DNA of 64,000 nucleotides from an uncultured Planctomycetales bacterium (GCA_964622545.1 CAZUQM010000002.1:225713-289712), one strand, 5' to 3'. Positions 1 through 10,614 are shown, counted from the first letter of the stretch. Notes: a model not told the origin generated them from the sequence alone. Numbers and translations are program-made.

Positions 1-2
1 GG

Positions 3-2240
3 ATCCTCCCCGGCAGCAAGGACGACAACTTCTGGGAGATGGGTGAGGTCGGGCCGTGTGGGCCGTGCAGCGAGGTGCACATCGACCTCGGCGAGGGAAC
101 GTGCGATCAGAAGCACCACGGCCCGTGCGGCGTCAACGTCGAGAACGAAGGCGGCAAGTGCGCCCGCTTCTTCGAGCTCTGGAACTACGTCTTCATCCAG
201 TTCAACCGGGCCCCCGACGGAACGCTGACGCCCCTGCCGGCCAAGCACGTCGACACCGGCCTGGGCTTCGAGCGGATCTGCAACGTCCTCCAGAACGCCG
301 GCAGCAACTACGACACCGACGTCTTCGCCCCCATTCTCGAGCACATCGCCGACCTGACCGGCGCGAGGTACACCAAGAAGCTCGACAGCGAGACCGACGT
401 GGCCTTTCGCGTCGTGGCCGACCACGTGCGCATGGTGACCTTCGCCATCGCCGACGGGGCCACGCCCAGCAACGAGGGCCGCGGCTACGTCCTCCGCAGG
501 CTGCTGCGGCGGGCCGCCCGCTTCGGACGGCAGCAGCTCGGCACGGAGCAACCGTTCATCCACAAGCTCGTGCCGACGCTGGTCGACCACATGGGCCACG
601 CCTTCCCCGAACTCAAGACGAACCCGCAGCGGATCATGGACATCATCCAAGACGAGGAGGCCAGCTTCGGACGGACGCTCGACCGCGGCATCCAGCTCTT
701 CGAGCAGGCCGCCGAACGGGCCCGCCAGGCCGGCAACGTCGTCAGCGGGGACGACGCGTTCAAGCTGAAGGATACCTACGGCTTCCCGGTCGACCTGACC
801 ATGATGATGGCCGGCGAGCGCGGGCTGCATGTCGACGAGAAGCGCTTCACCGAGCTCGAGGCCGAGGCCAAGGCCCTGGCGCGAGCTTCCGCCAAGAGCC
901 ATGCCACCATCGCCTTCGACGGCGAGCTGCCCGACACAAACGACGCACCGAAGTACGCCGGCCGGACCGTCGAGGCCAAGGTCCTCGGCTGGGTCAAGGA
1001 GAACAGCCTCGTCACCGACGGGACCCTATCGCCCGACGACGGAGAGGTCGGGCTGGTGCTCGACCGCACCAGCTTCTACGCCGAGGCCGGAGGACAGGTC
1101 GGCGACACCGGCACGATCGTCGCCCCGCGCGGCACGTTCCAGGTCGACGACACGCAGCGACTCGGCGACGGCATCGTCCATGTCGGTCACGTCACCGACG
1201 GCACCCTGGAGGTGGGGCAGACCGTCGAGGCCGGCGTCGACGAAGCTCGCGACAACACGCGCCGCCACCACACGGCCACACACCTGTTGCACTGGGCCCT
1301 GCGTTGCGTACTGGGCGATCACGTCTTGCAGCGAGGCTCGCTGGTCGCGCCCGACCGGCTGCGCTTCGACTTCGACCACAGCCAGGCCGTCACGCCGGAC
1401 GAATTGGCCGAGGTCGAGCGGCTCGTCAATGAGCAGGTCTACGCCGACTACCCGGTGCTCGATCGCGACATGCCCATCGAGCAGGGCAAGCAGCTCGGTG
1501 CGATGGCCTTGTTCGGCGAGAAGTACGGCGATACCGTCCGCGTCATCAGCATCAATCCGCCAGGCGAAGATGATCTGACCGGCGCGCTCAGCAACGAGTT
1601 CTGCGGCGGGACACACCTCGATCGAACCGGCCAGGTTGGTCCGTTCAAGATCACCGGGGAGGAAGCGGCCGAGCGCGGCGTGCGTCGCATCTACGCCGTA
1701 GCAGGTCCCGCGGCCGTACGGCACATCCAACACCTCGACCGGAGCCTGCACGAGGCGGCGTCGGCTCTGAACGCACCGATCGATCAACTTCCCGATCGGA
1801 TTGCCGGACTCCAGAGCCAGATCAAGGACCTCCAACGCCAGCTCCGCAAGGGCGCCACGGCCGACCTGAAGTCCAAGCGGCAGGAACTGCTCGACGCTGC
1901 CGCGAAGATCGGCAACGTATCGATCATCGTCGGCGAGGTGCCTGACGCCCCGGTCGATCAGCTCCGTGAGATGGTGGACGTCCTCCGAGACAAGGCGGGC
2001 AGTTCAGCGGTATGTCTGGCCGCCCCGGGTGACAAGGGCGTGCTCGTGATCGCCGGGCTGACCGACGACGTCATCAAGCAAGGCCTCAAGGCCGGCGACT
2101 GGGTCAAGACCGTCGCCAAGGTCATGGGTGGCGGCGGCGGCGGCAAGCCCAACATGGCCCAGGGCAGCGGCAAAGACGCCACCAAGCTCCCCGACGCCCT
2201 CGACGCGGCCAAGGCGTGGGCGGAAGAGAAGCTGTCGTAG
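3..2240 (+). CDS. alaS: alanine--tRNA ligase (5' end lies upstream of the window)
   Basis: The frame is open from nt 3 (ILPGSKDDNFWEMGEVGPCGPCSEVHIDLG...). It has the HTATHLLH editing-domain motif and the C-terminal GGGGGKPNMAQG tail typical of AlaRS. Stop at 2238-2240. Confidence 0.95.
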   Translation: MLPGSKDDNFWEMGEVGPCGPCSEVHIDLGEGTCDQKHHGPCGVNVENEGGKCARFFELWNYVFIQFNRAPDGTLTPLPAKHVDTGLGFERICNVLQNAGSNYDTDVFAPILEHIADLTGARYTKKLDSETDVAFRVVADHVRMVTFAIADGATPSNEGRGYVLRRLLRRAARFGRQQLGTEQPFIHKLVPTLVDHMGHAFPELKTNPQRIMDIIQDEEASFGRTLDRGIQLFEQAAERARQAGNVVSGDDAFKLKDTYGFPVDLTMMMAGERGLHVDEKRFTELEAEAKALARASAKSHATIAFDGELPDTNDAPKYAGRTVEAKVLGWVKENSLVTDGTLSPDDGEVGLVLDRTSFYAEAGGQVGDTGTIVAPRGTFQVDDTQRLGDGIVHVGHVTDGTLEVGQTVEAGVDEARDNTRRHHTATHLLHWALRCVLGDHVLQRGSLVAPDRLRFDFDHSQAVTPDELAEVERLVNEQVYADYPVLDRDMPIEQGKQLGAMALFGEKYGDTVRVISINPPGEDDLTGALSNEFCGGTHLDRTGQVGPFKITGEEAAERGVRRIYAVAGPAAVRHIQHLDRSLHEAASALNAPIDQLPDRIAGLQSQIKDLQRQLRKGATADLKSKRQELLDAAAKIGNVSIIVGEVPDAPVDQLREMVDVLRDKAGSSAVCLAAPGDKGVLVIAGLTDDVIKQGLKAGDWVKTVAKVMGGGGGGKPNMAQGSGKDATKLPDALDAAKAWAEEKLS

Positions 2241-2524
2241 CCGAGATGCGACCACCCGCCCGCCGGGCCATGCCAGAGGACCCACATCGGGACTCGATCC
2301 CGAGTCCAATCTGCTCCGCTGACTTATCGGTCCGTTTCGCCGAACCTTACCGGCGGCTCACCTAAGAAGAATCTCCTGGAATACCCCCAGCCCGCAGCCG
2401 ACCTAATACGAGGCGTACCGTGGCAGGCACGAAGCGCGTGCGCCCCTTACCGGAAAGGTTTACTCTTTGCCAATCGCGTGGCAGCCTTTCTGGTTCCAGT
2501 TCTGAAACATCCAGGTGAGTCGAC

Positions 2525-5500
2525 ATGTCTAGACCTCAGGCCCGTAGATATCGACCCGATTCCCGCCAACGCGCCATGCCGTGGCTTGCGTTGATCGCCC
2601 TAGCCTGGGTGACGCATCTCGCTCTGGCCCAATCACATCGCAACACACCCGATACGCGTTTCGTAGCCACCAACGGCACGGTCAACGCCGTCGCACGGGC
2701 AGGCAACACGATCTATATCGGTGGCAGTTTTCGTCGCGTCGGCTCGCCCACGGGCAGCTTGGCCGCGATCGACAAAACGACGGGCACTCCGAGCGCCGTC
2801 TTTCCGAAGGTGGCCGGCACGGTCTACGCGATCATATCGGACGGTGCGGGCGGCTGGTACGTCGGCGGCGATTTTCTGGGCGTGGATGGCGTGGCCCGCA
2901 ACCGGCTCGCACACATCGAAGCAGACGGCACGCTTGACGCCGCGTTCGACCCAAACGCAGATGCCACCGTTTACGCCCTCGCGCTTGATGGGACGACGCT
3001 CTACGTCGGCGGCAACTTCGCGAACATCGGTGGGCAGGCGCGGCAGCGGCTCGCGGCCATCGACACTGCGACGGGGCTCGCCTCGTCTTGGGACCCGGGC
3101 GCACTGTCCGCCGTCAAAGCCTTGGCCATCAGCGGCAATCGCCTTTTCGTCGGCGGCTCTTTCTGGACCATCGCGGGCCAGGCCCGAAACCGCATCGCGG
3201 CGTTCGACACGACGACCGGCAACCTGACCGCCTGGGACCCGGACGCCAACAACACGGTCGAGGTGCTCACCGTCGCATCCGGCGGCGGAACGATCTACGT
3301 CGGCGGCAGCTTCACCACCATCGGCGGACAGAGCCGTGACCGCATCGCCGCGCTCGACATGAGCACAGGACTCGCGACGGCCTGGGATCCCGGCGCGGAC
3401 AACGCGGTCTATGCCATCGTCGAATCGGCCGACGGATCAAGTCTCTACGTGGGCGGTGCGTTCACGAACTTCGGACCGGGAGGCCGACGGTTCCTTGCCG
3501 AGGTCGAAACGGCGACCGGCAACGCGACGACATGGGCGCCCTTGCCGGGCGGCGCCGTTCGAGCGATGGCGCTAACCGATTCAAGCCTCTTCGTCGGAGG
3601 GAGCTTCGCCACCATCGCAGGAACGAACCGAACGAAGCTCGCCGAAGTCGACCTCGCCACGGGCACCGTGAGCGCTTGGGATCCCATTCCCGGCGGCACG
3701 GTCTACGCGATGGCCGTTTCGGGCGACACCGTCTACGCGGGCGGCTATTTCGCGTTGGTTGGCGGCGAGGAACGTGACTTCATTGCTGCCGTGGACGCGA
3801 CCACCGGCGAGCTTCTACCCTTCAACCCCGGTGCGGGCAGTCCCGTCCGCGACCTCGCCGTCTCGCCCGACGAATCGACACTCTATGTGGGCGGCCTGTT
3901 CACTGCCATCGGCGGACAATCCCGTAATTGCCTTGCGGCGATCGACATCGCCACGGGAAACGTGACCGCTTGGAACCCGCACCCCGGCTCCAACGTCTAC
4001 TCCTTGGACCTCTCGGCTGACGGCAACACCGTCTACGCAGGCGGCATGTTCACCTCGGTGGGCGGGACTGCCCGAAATCGGATCGCTGCCATCGACGCAT
4101 CCACCGGCAACCCGACCGCGTGGGATCCCGACGCAGACGCGCCCGTCAATTCGATCCACGTCGTCGGCACGACGGTCTACGTCGGCGGGCAGTTCTCCAA
4201 CATCGGCGGGCAAGCGAGAAGCTACATCGCCGCTCTGGATGCAACCACCGGCAACGCGACAGCATGGGATCCTACTGCCAATGCGTTCGTCTACGCGCTC
4301 GATACCTCGGCCGACAACGGCACCGTCTATGCCGGTGGCAACCTGTCGGAAATCGGCGGGCAGTCGCGAGGCAACGTCGTGGCCATCGATGCGTCGACAG
4401 GGAACCCAACCGCATGGGACCCCGACCCGAGCGGCACGGTGAGCGCCGTATTCCGCTCCGGCTCGCTCGTCTACGTCGGCGGTTACTTCAACAGCGTCGG
4501 CGGACAGTATCTCGGCAAGATCTTCGCGGCGGACGGAACGACAGGCGCTCTGGATGCCTGGGAGCCCAGGCCCAACGGCGCGGTGCTCGATATCCACGTC
4601 AGCGGAGGCGAAGCTATCATCGGCGGCGAGTTCATCTCCGTCGGCACGACGTGCCAGGGCGGCTTCGCGTTCTTCCATCCGCCCAACAACGCCCCCGACG
4701 CGCCGAGCTCGCTCGGACCGGCCGACCACGTCGACGGCTCGAGCCACACCGACAAGACGCCGACGCTCAGCTTCCAGCAGTCCGACACCGATTCTTGGGA
4801 GACGCTCGCGTTTCGCATTCAGATCGACGACTCGGCCGACTTCGGCTCGCCGGTGGTCGACTACACGTCCGGCGCGCTCGCGCAAGGCGCAGCTACGTTC
4901 ACGGTCGGACAAGCTGCCGGCAACGGCTCGTACGCTGTCGGCTCATCCGGTCAGAAGCTCGCCGCGGGTAGCTACTACTGGCGGGTGCAAAGCGATGACG
5001 GCACAACAACCGGGCCTTGGATCAAGGCGGGCGGTGGAGCCGTCGCCTTTGCCATCACCGAACCGACGGTCGGCTTCGCATCGACCACGGCCGGCGTCTC
5101 CGAATCCGACGGCACGGTCCCGTTCACGGTCCAATTCAGCGGCACCTCGGACGAGACAGTGAGCATCGACGTTGCGACGGCCGACGGGACGGCCCTGGCC
5201 GGCCAGGATTACACCGCTCTCAGTCAGACACTCACGTTCGATCCGGGCCAGGTCAGTAAGACCGTCGACGTCGCCCTGATCAGCGACGGCGTCGCCGAGC
5301 CGCAGGAGGCGTTCACGGTCGGCTTGTCGAATCCGATCAACGCCCAGGTCGCCGCGGGCGCCGGCACGGCTACGATCACCGTCACCGACGATGAGACCGC
5401 CGGCGTGACCGTGACCCAGTCCGGCGGCGGGACCGACGTGACTGAAGCCGGCGCAACCGATTCCTACCAGGTTGTGCTTCAGACCGAGCCCGCGGCGAAC

Positions 5501-6241
5501 GTCACCATCACGGCCGATCCGAATGCGGCGCTTGATCTCGGCGCCGGGGCGGGCGTGGCCGTCTCGCTCACGTTCACACCGGCCGACTGGAACGTCGTCC
5601 AGGGCGTCACCGTTCGTGCCGTCGACGACGACGTTCGACAGGGCCCGCACACGGCAAGCATCTCACACACGGTCGCCAGCGCCGACGTCCAATACAATGG
5701 TCTGTCGGTTGCGTCCGTCACCGTCACCGTCGCCGATGATGACCAGGCGGGCGTAACCCTGACCGAATCCGGTGGTGCCACCACCGCTACCGAAAGCGGT
5801 GCAACCGGCTCTTTCACCGTGGTGCTGACCAGCCAGCCCACCGGCGACGTGACCGTAACGCTAACAGGCGACCCGCAGGTGAGCGTCGCGCCCTCGCAGC
5901 TCGTCTTTACGACCGCCAACTGGAACGTCGCCCAGACCGTCACCGTAACGGCCGTCGATGACGCGACCGTCGAAGCATCGCCCCATACCGCGACCGTCAC
6001 GCACGCCGTAACGAGCGCCGACGGCAACTACAACGGACTGGCCGTGGCCGATGTCGTGGTCGAGATCACCGACAATGACACGACCTCGGGCGATGACGAC
6101 CCGCTCGACGCCAACGATCCGGTCACGGGAGGCGAGACGACGTCAAGCTGCTGTGGCGCGGCAGCACCTGCCCCTGCGTTGCTGCTGGTCATCGGTGCGA
6201 TCGCGCTGGCGCGACCGCGACGACGATCCAACGCGAGCTAG
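2525..6241 (+). CDS. giant secreted repeat protein: beta-propeller repeats, a Calx-beta domain, two Ig-like repeats and a Cys-Gly/TM/Arg C-terminal tail
   Basis: Signal-like N-terminus (MPWLALIALAWVTHLALAQS; an alternative start is 2576). About a dozen ~55-aa repeats follow of the form VYAL..dG.tLYVGG.F..iGGq.R..iAAiD..TGn.taWDP, which I recall as DUF5122/delta-60-like. Calx-beta signature DVATADGTALAGQDYTALSQTLTFDPGQ. Then two ~115-aa tandem repeats (GVTVTQSGG.../GVTLTESGG...). The tail is SSCCGAAAPAPALLLVIGAIALARPRRR. Confidence 0.85.
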   Translation: MSRPQARRYRPDSRQRAMPWLALIALAWVTHLALAQSHRNTPDTRFVATNGTVNAVARAGNTIYIGGSFRRVGSPTGSLAAIDKTTGTPSAVFPKVAGTVYAIISDGAGGWYVGGDFLGVDGVARNRLAHIEADGTLDAAFDPNADATVYALALDGTTLYVGGNFANIGGQARQRLAAIDTATGLASSWDPGALSAVKALAISGNRLFVGGSFWTIAGQARNRIAAFDTTTGNLTAWDPDANNTVEVLTVASGGGTIYVGGSFTTIGGQSRDRIAALDMSTGLATAWDPGADNAVYAIVESADGSSLYVGGAFTNFGPGGRRFLAEVETATGNATTWAPLPGGAVRAMALTDSSLFVGGSFATIAGTNRTKLAEVDLATGTVSAWDPIPGGTVYAMAVSGDTVYAGGYFALVGGEERDFIAAVDATTGELLPFNPGAGSPVRDLAVSPDESTLYVGGLFTAIGGQSRNCLAAIDIATGNVTAWNPHPGSNVYSLDLSADGNTVYAGGMFTSVGGTARNRIAAIDASTGNPTAWDPDADAPVNSIHVVGTTVYVGGQFSNIGGQARSYIAALDATTGNATAWDPTANAFVYALDTSADNGTVYAGGNLSEIGGQSRGNVVAIDASTGNPTAWDPDPSGTVSAVFRSGSLVYVGGYFNSVGGQYLGKIFAADGTTGALDAWEPRPNGAVLDIHVSGGEAIIGGEFISVGTTCQGGFAFFHPPNNAPDAPSSLGPADHVDGSSHTDKTPTLSFQQSDTDSWETLAFRIQIDDSADFGSPVVDYTSGALAQGAATFTVGQAAGNGSYAVGSSGQKLAAGSYYWRVQSDDGTTTGPWIKAGGGAVAFAITEPTVGFASTTAGVSESDGTVPFTVQFSGTSDETVSIDVATADGTALAGQDYTALSQTLTFDPGQVSKTVDVALISDGVAEPQEAFTVGLSNPINAQVAAGAGTATITVTDDETAGVTVTQSGGGTDVTEAGATDSYQVVLQTEPAANVTITADPNAALDLGAGAGVAVSLTFTPADWNVVQGVTVRAVDDDVRQGPHTASISHTVASADVQYNGLSVASVTVTVADDDQAGVTLTESGGATTATESGATGSFTVVLTSQPTGDVTVTLTGDPQVSVAPSQLVFTTANWNVAQTVTVTAVDDATVEASPHTATVTHAVTSADGNYNGLAVADVVVEITDNDTTSGDDDPLDANDPVTGGETTSSCCGAAAPAPALLLVIGAIALARPRRRSNAS

Positions 6242-6489
6242 TACCCGACCACAATCAAGTCTGTCGGTTCGCCGGCTTCGGGGTCGCCGTCAGAGACGGC
6301 TCCTACCGCGGACCGATGCCGACATCGGAGACGCTCCCACGTCGGATCGATGCCGCGCCGGAGACGCGACCGTCAGGGAGCGTTGCTGTTTAAGCGCTCC
6401 AACAACACAGCTCCCTGACGGTCGCTGCTCTGATAGGCGTGTCGCCTTCTCGATTCGAACCCACATGAACAACTGTGGCGAAGTGCTAG
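6238..6489 (+). repeat. CTAG-bounded MITE-like element, type 1, copy A, followed by a short type-2 remnant
   Basis: Starts CTAGTACCCGACCACA and ends ..CTGTGGCGAAGTGCTAG (imperfect terminal inverted repeat). Contains a GGGAGACGCTCCC hairpin and a long hairpin at 6366-6425 (GCGACCGTCAGGGAGCGTTGCTGTT / AACAACACAGCTCCCTGACGGTCGC). Collinear with 22185-22400 and 22397-22612. An extra 25-nt motif sits at 6283-6307. From 6486, CTAGTGCTG...TGTCCATAG resembles the two ends of the type-2 element. Confidence 0.8.
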
Positions 6490-6616
6490 TGCTGTGTCAT
6501 GTGTCCATAGACAAATGCACACAGGATAAGCACGTCGAAAAGCCGCCCGAATCCGGCTACGATACACGTCCGATTTGCTGCCGCAAGATTGTGACATGCA
6601 AGGACGTGCTTCGATC

Positions 6617-7840
6617 ATGGAATCCATCCGAGAGCTACTCCGCATCGGCGCGGGCCCGTCCAGCAGCCATACGATGGGACCCATGCGTGCGGCCGAGCAA
6701 TTCAAGGACCGGCATCCGGACGCGGCGAGCTATCGCGTCGTGCTCTATGGCAGCCTGGCCGCGACCGGCATGGGACACCTGACGGACGTCGTCCTGGAGC
6801 GCGCGTTCGCACCGGCTCGGACGGACCTCGTCTGGCGTCCCGAGGAAACGATGCCGGGCCACCCGAACGCCATGGACCTGGAAGCGCTGGACCAGGTTGG
6901 ACACGTGATCGCAAGCCGGCGGGTCTACAGCATCGGCGGCGGCGCGTTGCGCTACGAGGACGATGCCCGCGAGACCGCCGGCGTGTACGACCTCGAGTCC
7001 ATGGAGGCCATCCTGTCGCACTGTGAGACCAACGGGCTGGCATTCTGGGAGTACGTCGAGACCCGCGAAGGCGACGAGCTTCGCGATTTCCTTCGCAACG
7101 TCTGGCGTGTGATGCAGGACGCCATCGAGCGCGGCCTGCACGCCGAGGGCGTCTTGCCCGGCGGGTTGGGGCTCGCACGTAAGGCCTGGTCGTTCCACCG
7201 CAAGGCCCTGACGACCGGTCCGCAGTTCCGGCGGACGGGCTTGCTGTCGGCCTATGCCCTGGCCGTAGCCGAGGAGAACGCCGCCGGTGGCATCATCGTG
7301 ACCGCCCCGACCTGCGGCTCGTGTGGGGCGTTGCCGGCCGTGTTGCGGTACCTGATGGAAACGCTGCATTGCGGCGACGATGATGTCCTGCGGCCGCTCG
7401 CGACGGCGGGCCTGATCGGCAACCTCATCAAGCACAACGCCTCGATCTCCGGCGCGGAGGTCGGCTGCCAGGGAGAGATCGGAACGGGCTGCGCCATGGC
7501 GGCGGCCGCGGCCGTGCAGATGCTCGGCGGCACGAACCGCCAGATCGAGTACGCGGCCGAGATGGCCCTCGAGCACCACATGGGCCTGACGTGCGACCCC
7601 GTCGGAGGATTGGTGCAGATCCCGTGCATCGAGCGCAACGCCTTCGCGGCCACACGCGCCCTCACGTGCGCTCAGTACGCGCTCTACTCCGACGGCACAC
7701 ATCGCATCCCGTTCGACGAGGTGGTGGCCGTCATGCGGCAGACGGGGCACGACCTGCCGTCGTTATACCGCGAGACCGCTTCCGGAGGCCTGGCCCGTGC
7801 CTATGAGCAACGCGCCAAGCGCGGCGAGAGCCCGAGCTGA
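6617..7840 (+). CDS. sdaA: L-serine ammonia-lyase (iron-sulfur dependent, single chain)
   Basis: [30 protein letters not shown]-terminus (GPSSSHT motif) and a typical C-terminal alpha-domain ([20 protein letters not shown]). The start is set at the ATG giving the family-typical N-terminus; the ORF extends up to 6575. Confidence 0.9.
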   Translation: MESIRELLRIGAGPSSSHTMGPMRAAEQFKDRHPDAASYRVVLYGSLAATGMGHLTDVVLERAFAPARTDLVWRPEETMPGHPNAMDLEALDQVGHVIASRRVYSIGGGALRYEDDARETAGVYDLESMEAILSHCETNGLAFWEYVETREGDELRDFLRNVWRVMQDAIERGLHAEGVLPGGLGLARKAWSFHRKALTTGPQFRRTGLLSAYALAVAEENAAGGIIVTAPTCGSCGALPAVLRYLMETLHCGDDDVLRPLATAGLIGNLIKHNASISGAEVGCQGEIGTGCAMAAAAAVQMLGGTNRQIEYAAEMALEHHMGLTCDPVGGLVQIPCIERNAFAATRALTCAQYALYSDGTHRIPFDEVVAVMRQTGHDLPSLYRETASGGLARAYEQRAKRGESPS

Positions 7841-7894
7841 CGAGGTAACCCAGCGCTACATCGCCGGCAAGCGAGCGATCCGAGGAGGAACACC

Positions 7895-10492
7895 ATGATG
7901 CAACGAGCCGGGCGGCCTTTGACACGATACCTGAGACGCCTCCTGATCGGGCTGGGCCTGCTGGTCAGCGCGGGTTGCCAGGCGCCCGCGCCGAGCGCGG
8001 ATTTCCATGTATCGCCGGACGGCGACGATGCCTGGTCGGGACGGGCGCCGAGCGCCAACGCGACGCGAAGCGACGGACCGTTCGCCACACTCGCTCGCGC
8101 TCAGCAGGCGTTGCGCGAGCTCCGAGCTCAGCAGGGCACGGGGCGCGATCGTCCCTACGTCGTGCTCGTTCGCGGCGGCACGTACTATCTGAACGAGCCG
8201 CTCGTCTTAGGACCGCAGGATTCCGGAACGGCCGACGCGCCCGTGATCTACCAGGCGCAACCGGGCGAGGAGGTCGTCCTCTCCGGCGGTCGGCCCATCA
8301 CGGGATGGCGACGGCACGACGAGGGTGAGCTGTTCGTGGCTGATGTGCCTCGCGCCCGGATCGCGGGAACCGACGGCACACCCTGGGTATTCCGCCAGCT
8401 CTTCTGTGGCGGCGAGCGGCAGATCCGCGCGCGCACGCCCAACCCCGTCGCCGACAAGCCCTATACCGGCGGCTGGGTGTTCGTCCAACCCGAGCCGGAG
8501 AAGAACGCCGGCTTCGGGATATCGCTCGTGCGTATCCATAGCCCCGGCGACACGTTCGTGTGGAACGTCGACGTGCCCGCCGACGGTGAGTATGCGTTGT
8601 GGTTCCGCTACGGCGCCCAGAACAAGCCGCACGGTCGGACCACCATGGCAGGCCGAACCACCATCCAGGTCGACGGCGGCAAGCCCGTCGTCCTGTCCAA
8701 CCTGGCCGACACGGGCGATTGGAGCCGCTATCGCTGGGCCAAGACGGCCACGCTCGAGCTGAAGAAGGGCACGCACCGACTGCGATGGACCAACGTCAAG
8801 GGCGGCGGGCTCGACTTCGACGCCTTCGTGCTGTGCGATGATCCGGGCTACACGCCGAAGGGCAAGCTGAAGGATGAACCCGCTTCCGGCAAGCATCGTA
8901 TCGTGGTTCAGGCCGAAACCTTCACCCGGGGCAAGTCGAAGGAACACGCCATCCGCAGGGCACGGCATGCCATTCCCAAGGACCGGTTCCGGTTTCGTCC
9001 CGGCGACATCCGCCCCTGGCCGCGCTCGCCCGAGCCCGAGGTCCACATCTTCCCGGCCTGGGGATGGGTCAACGCACTGCTCTCGGTCGAGCGCATCGAT
9101 CACGAGGATCACCTCTGTCACGTGACCAACTCGAACTGCACGCAGGAGCTTCGGCCCGGCAACCGCTACTTCGTCGAGAACGTCTTCGAGGCGCTCGACA
9201 TGCCCGGCGAGTGGTTCCTTGACCGGCGCCAAGGCCGGCTCTACTACTGGCCCGCCTTCGACGACTTCGCCGGGCTTGGGGTGGTCGCTCCGGTGTTGGA
9301 TCGGCTGATCGAGATCGCCGGCGAACCCGACGGCGGCGCACCGGTCGAGCACATCGTCTTTCGCGGGTTCACGTTTCGGCACACGCGGTACTCGCTCGCG
9401 GTCCCGAGCGTCTACTCGCCTCAGGACGGCACGCTCTGGCTCCGCAACACCCGTCATTGCGTGATCGAAGGATGCTCGTTCCTCGGTGTGGGCGGCTATG
9501 GCGTTCGCATGTCCGAGCGGTCCTGCCACAACGCCGTCGTCGACAACCTGATCGTCGACGGCGGCCAGGGCGGCGTATTGCTTGTGGGCCACGAGACCAG
9601 CGAGCAGGCGCGCGACAATCTGATCGCCGGCAATCGCATCCATCACTGCGGACGCATCTGGAAGCACGTCGCGGGCGTGTACGTGACGACAGGCAGCGGC
9701 AATCGCATCGCGCACAACACCGTCACCGACGTGCCGCGCTACGGCATCTCGCTGAAATCGTATCAAGCCGGTCATGCCAGCCACGGCAACATCGTCGAGT
9801 ACAACCGGCTGCTGCGGACGAATCTGGAGACCAACGACACCGGGGCGATCGAGACGCTGGGACGGGACCGCGAGGACACGGGCAACGTCATCCGCTACAA
9901 CCTCATCCTCGACGTGGTCGGACTCAAGACGTCCGAGACGGGCGAGATCATGACGCCCTACTACACGTGGGGCATCTACCTGGACGACTTCTCGAGCGGG
10001 ACGACGGTCGTCGGCAACATCGTCGCGCGGACCTTCCGCGGCGGCATGCACGTCCACCTGGGTCGCAACAATGTCTTCATGAACAACATCGTCGTTGACG
10101 GTCGGCTCCAGCAGACGGAATACAACGGCCACGACTTCATGGCGAACAACGTCTTCGCCCGGAACATCGTGAGCTTCCGGCAGGGACGACTTCTGCGCGT
10201 GCGTCGGTGGCACGACAAGGTGTTGGCGCGCTGCGACAGCAATCTCTATTGGAAGGTGAGCGGTGGGCTCGACGACCTCGGCGGCGACCTGACGCCGAAG
10301 GGTTCGCTCGAGGCCTGGCGCGCCGCCGGCTACGATCGCGCGTCGGTCGTGGCCGACCCGATGTTCGTCGACCCCGAGAACGACGACTACCGGCTGCGAG
10401 AGAACTCGCCGGCCCGGCTCATCGGCTTCGAGCCGATCCCCGTCGAGCGGATCGGCGCCCGGGGCTACGTCCGGCCGAAGGAGCTGCCATAA
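7895..10492 (+). CDS. secreted right-handed parallel beta-helix repeat protein with a CBM-like insert (possible lipoprotein)
   Basis: GAGGAGG RBS before the ATG. Signal peptide ending LLVSAGCQAP. The CBM-like segment is GEYALWFRYGAQNKPHGRTTMAGRTTIQVDG...GGLDFDAFVLCDD. Repeated beta-helix turns appear (NAVVDNLIVDGGQGGV, NLIAGNRIHHCG, NRIAHNTVTDVPRYGI, NIVEYNRL). The antisense ORF 8207..10213 is rejected. Confidence 0.85.
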   Translation: MMQRAGRPLTRYLRRLLIGLGLLVSAGCQAPAPSADFHVSPDGDDAWSGRAPSANATRSDGPFATLARAQQALRELRAQQGTGRDRPYVVLVRGGTYYLNEPLVLGPQDSGTADAPVIYQAQPGEEVVLSGGRPITGWRRHDEGELFVADVPRARIAGTDGTPWVFRQLFCGGERQIRARTPNPVADKPYTGGWVFVQPEPEKNAGFGISLVRIHSPGDTFVWNVDVPADGEYALWFRYGAQNKPHGRTTMAGRTTIQVDGGKPVVLSNLADTGDWSRYRWAKTATLELKKGTHRLRWTNVKGGGLDFDAFVLCDDPGYTPKGKLKDEPASGKHRIVVQAETFTRGKSKEHAIRRARHAIPKDRFRFRPGDIRPWPRSPEPEVHIFPAWGWVNALLSVERIDHEDHLCHVTNSNCTQELRPGNRYFVENVFEALDMPGEWFLDRRQGRLYYWPAFDDFAGLGVVAPVLDRLIEIAGEPDGGAPVEHIVFRGFTFRHTRYSLAVPSVYSPQDGTLWLRNTRHCVIEGCSFLGVGGYGVRMSERSCHNAVVDNLIVDGGQGGVLLVGHETSEQARDNLIAGNRIHHCGRIWKHVAGVYVTTGSGNRIAHNTVTDVPRYGISLKSYQAGHASHGNIVEYNRLLRTNLETNDTGAIETLGRDREDTGNVIRYNLILDVVGLKTSETGEIMTPYYTWGIYLDDFSSGTTVVGNIVARTFRGGMHVHLGRNNVFMNNIVVDGRLQQTEYNGHDFMANNVFARNIVSFRQGRLLRVRRWHDKVLARCDSNLYWKVSGGLDDLGGDLTPKGSLEAWRAAGYDRASVVADPMFVDPENDDYRLRENSPARLIGFEPIPVERIGARGYVRPKELP

Positions 10493-10614
10493 GACGAAGT
10501 GAGAACTCAGGAGCCAGAAGTCGGTAGAGCACCGTGCCGCCTTTCCTGTCGGCCGATGCCGCCCTCACGTGGTTCATGACCGCCACGTCGCCTTGACGCA
10601 AGGTATCCCACGGC

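Noticed and set aside
1-6. GGATCC (BamHI site) at the very start of the window as a cloning or contig boundary
   Set aside because: It lies in-frame inside alaS (codons for I-L-P). A single 6-mer at an arbitrary window edge carries no information.
6440-6475. tRNA-like GATTCGAACCC string in repeat copy A
   Set aside because: No complementary T-stem, acceptor stem or anticodon arm can be drawn on either strand. The other element copies read GATCGGAACCC instead.
8207-10213. 668-aa ORF on the minus strand
   Set aside because: It lies antisense to the beta-helix/CBM gene. The translation is Arg/Ala/Asp/Val-rich with no motifs, signal or RBS. It is a typical high-GC shadow ORF.
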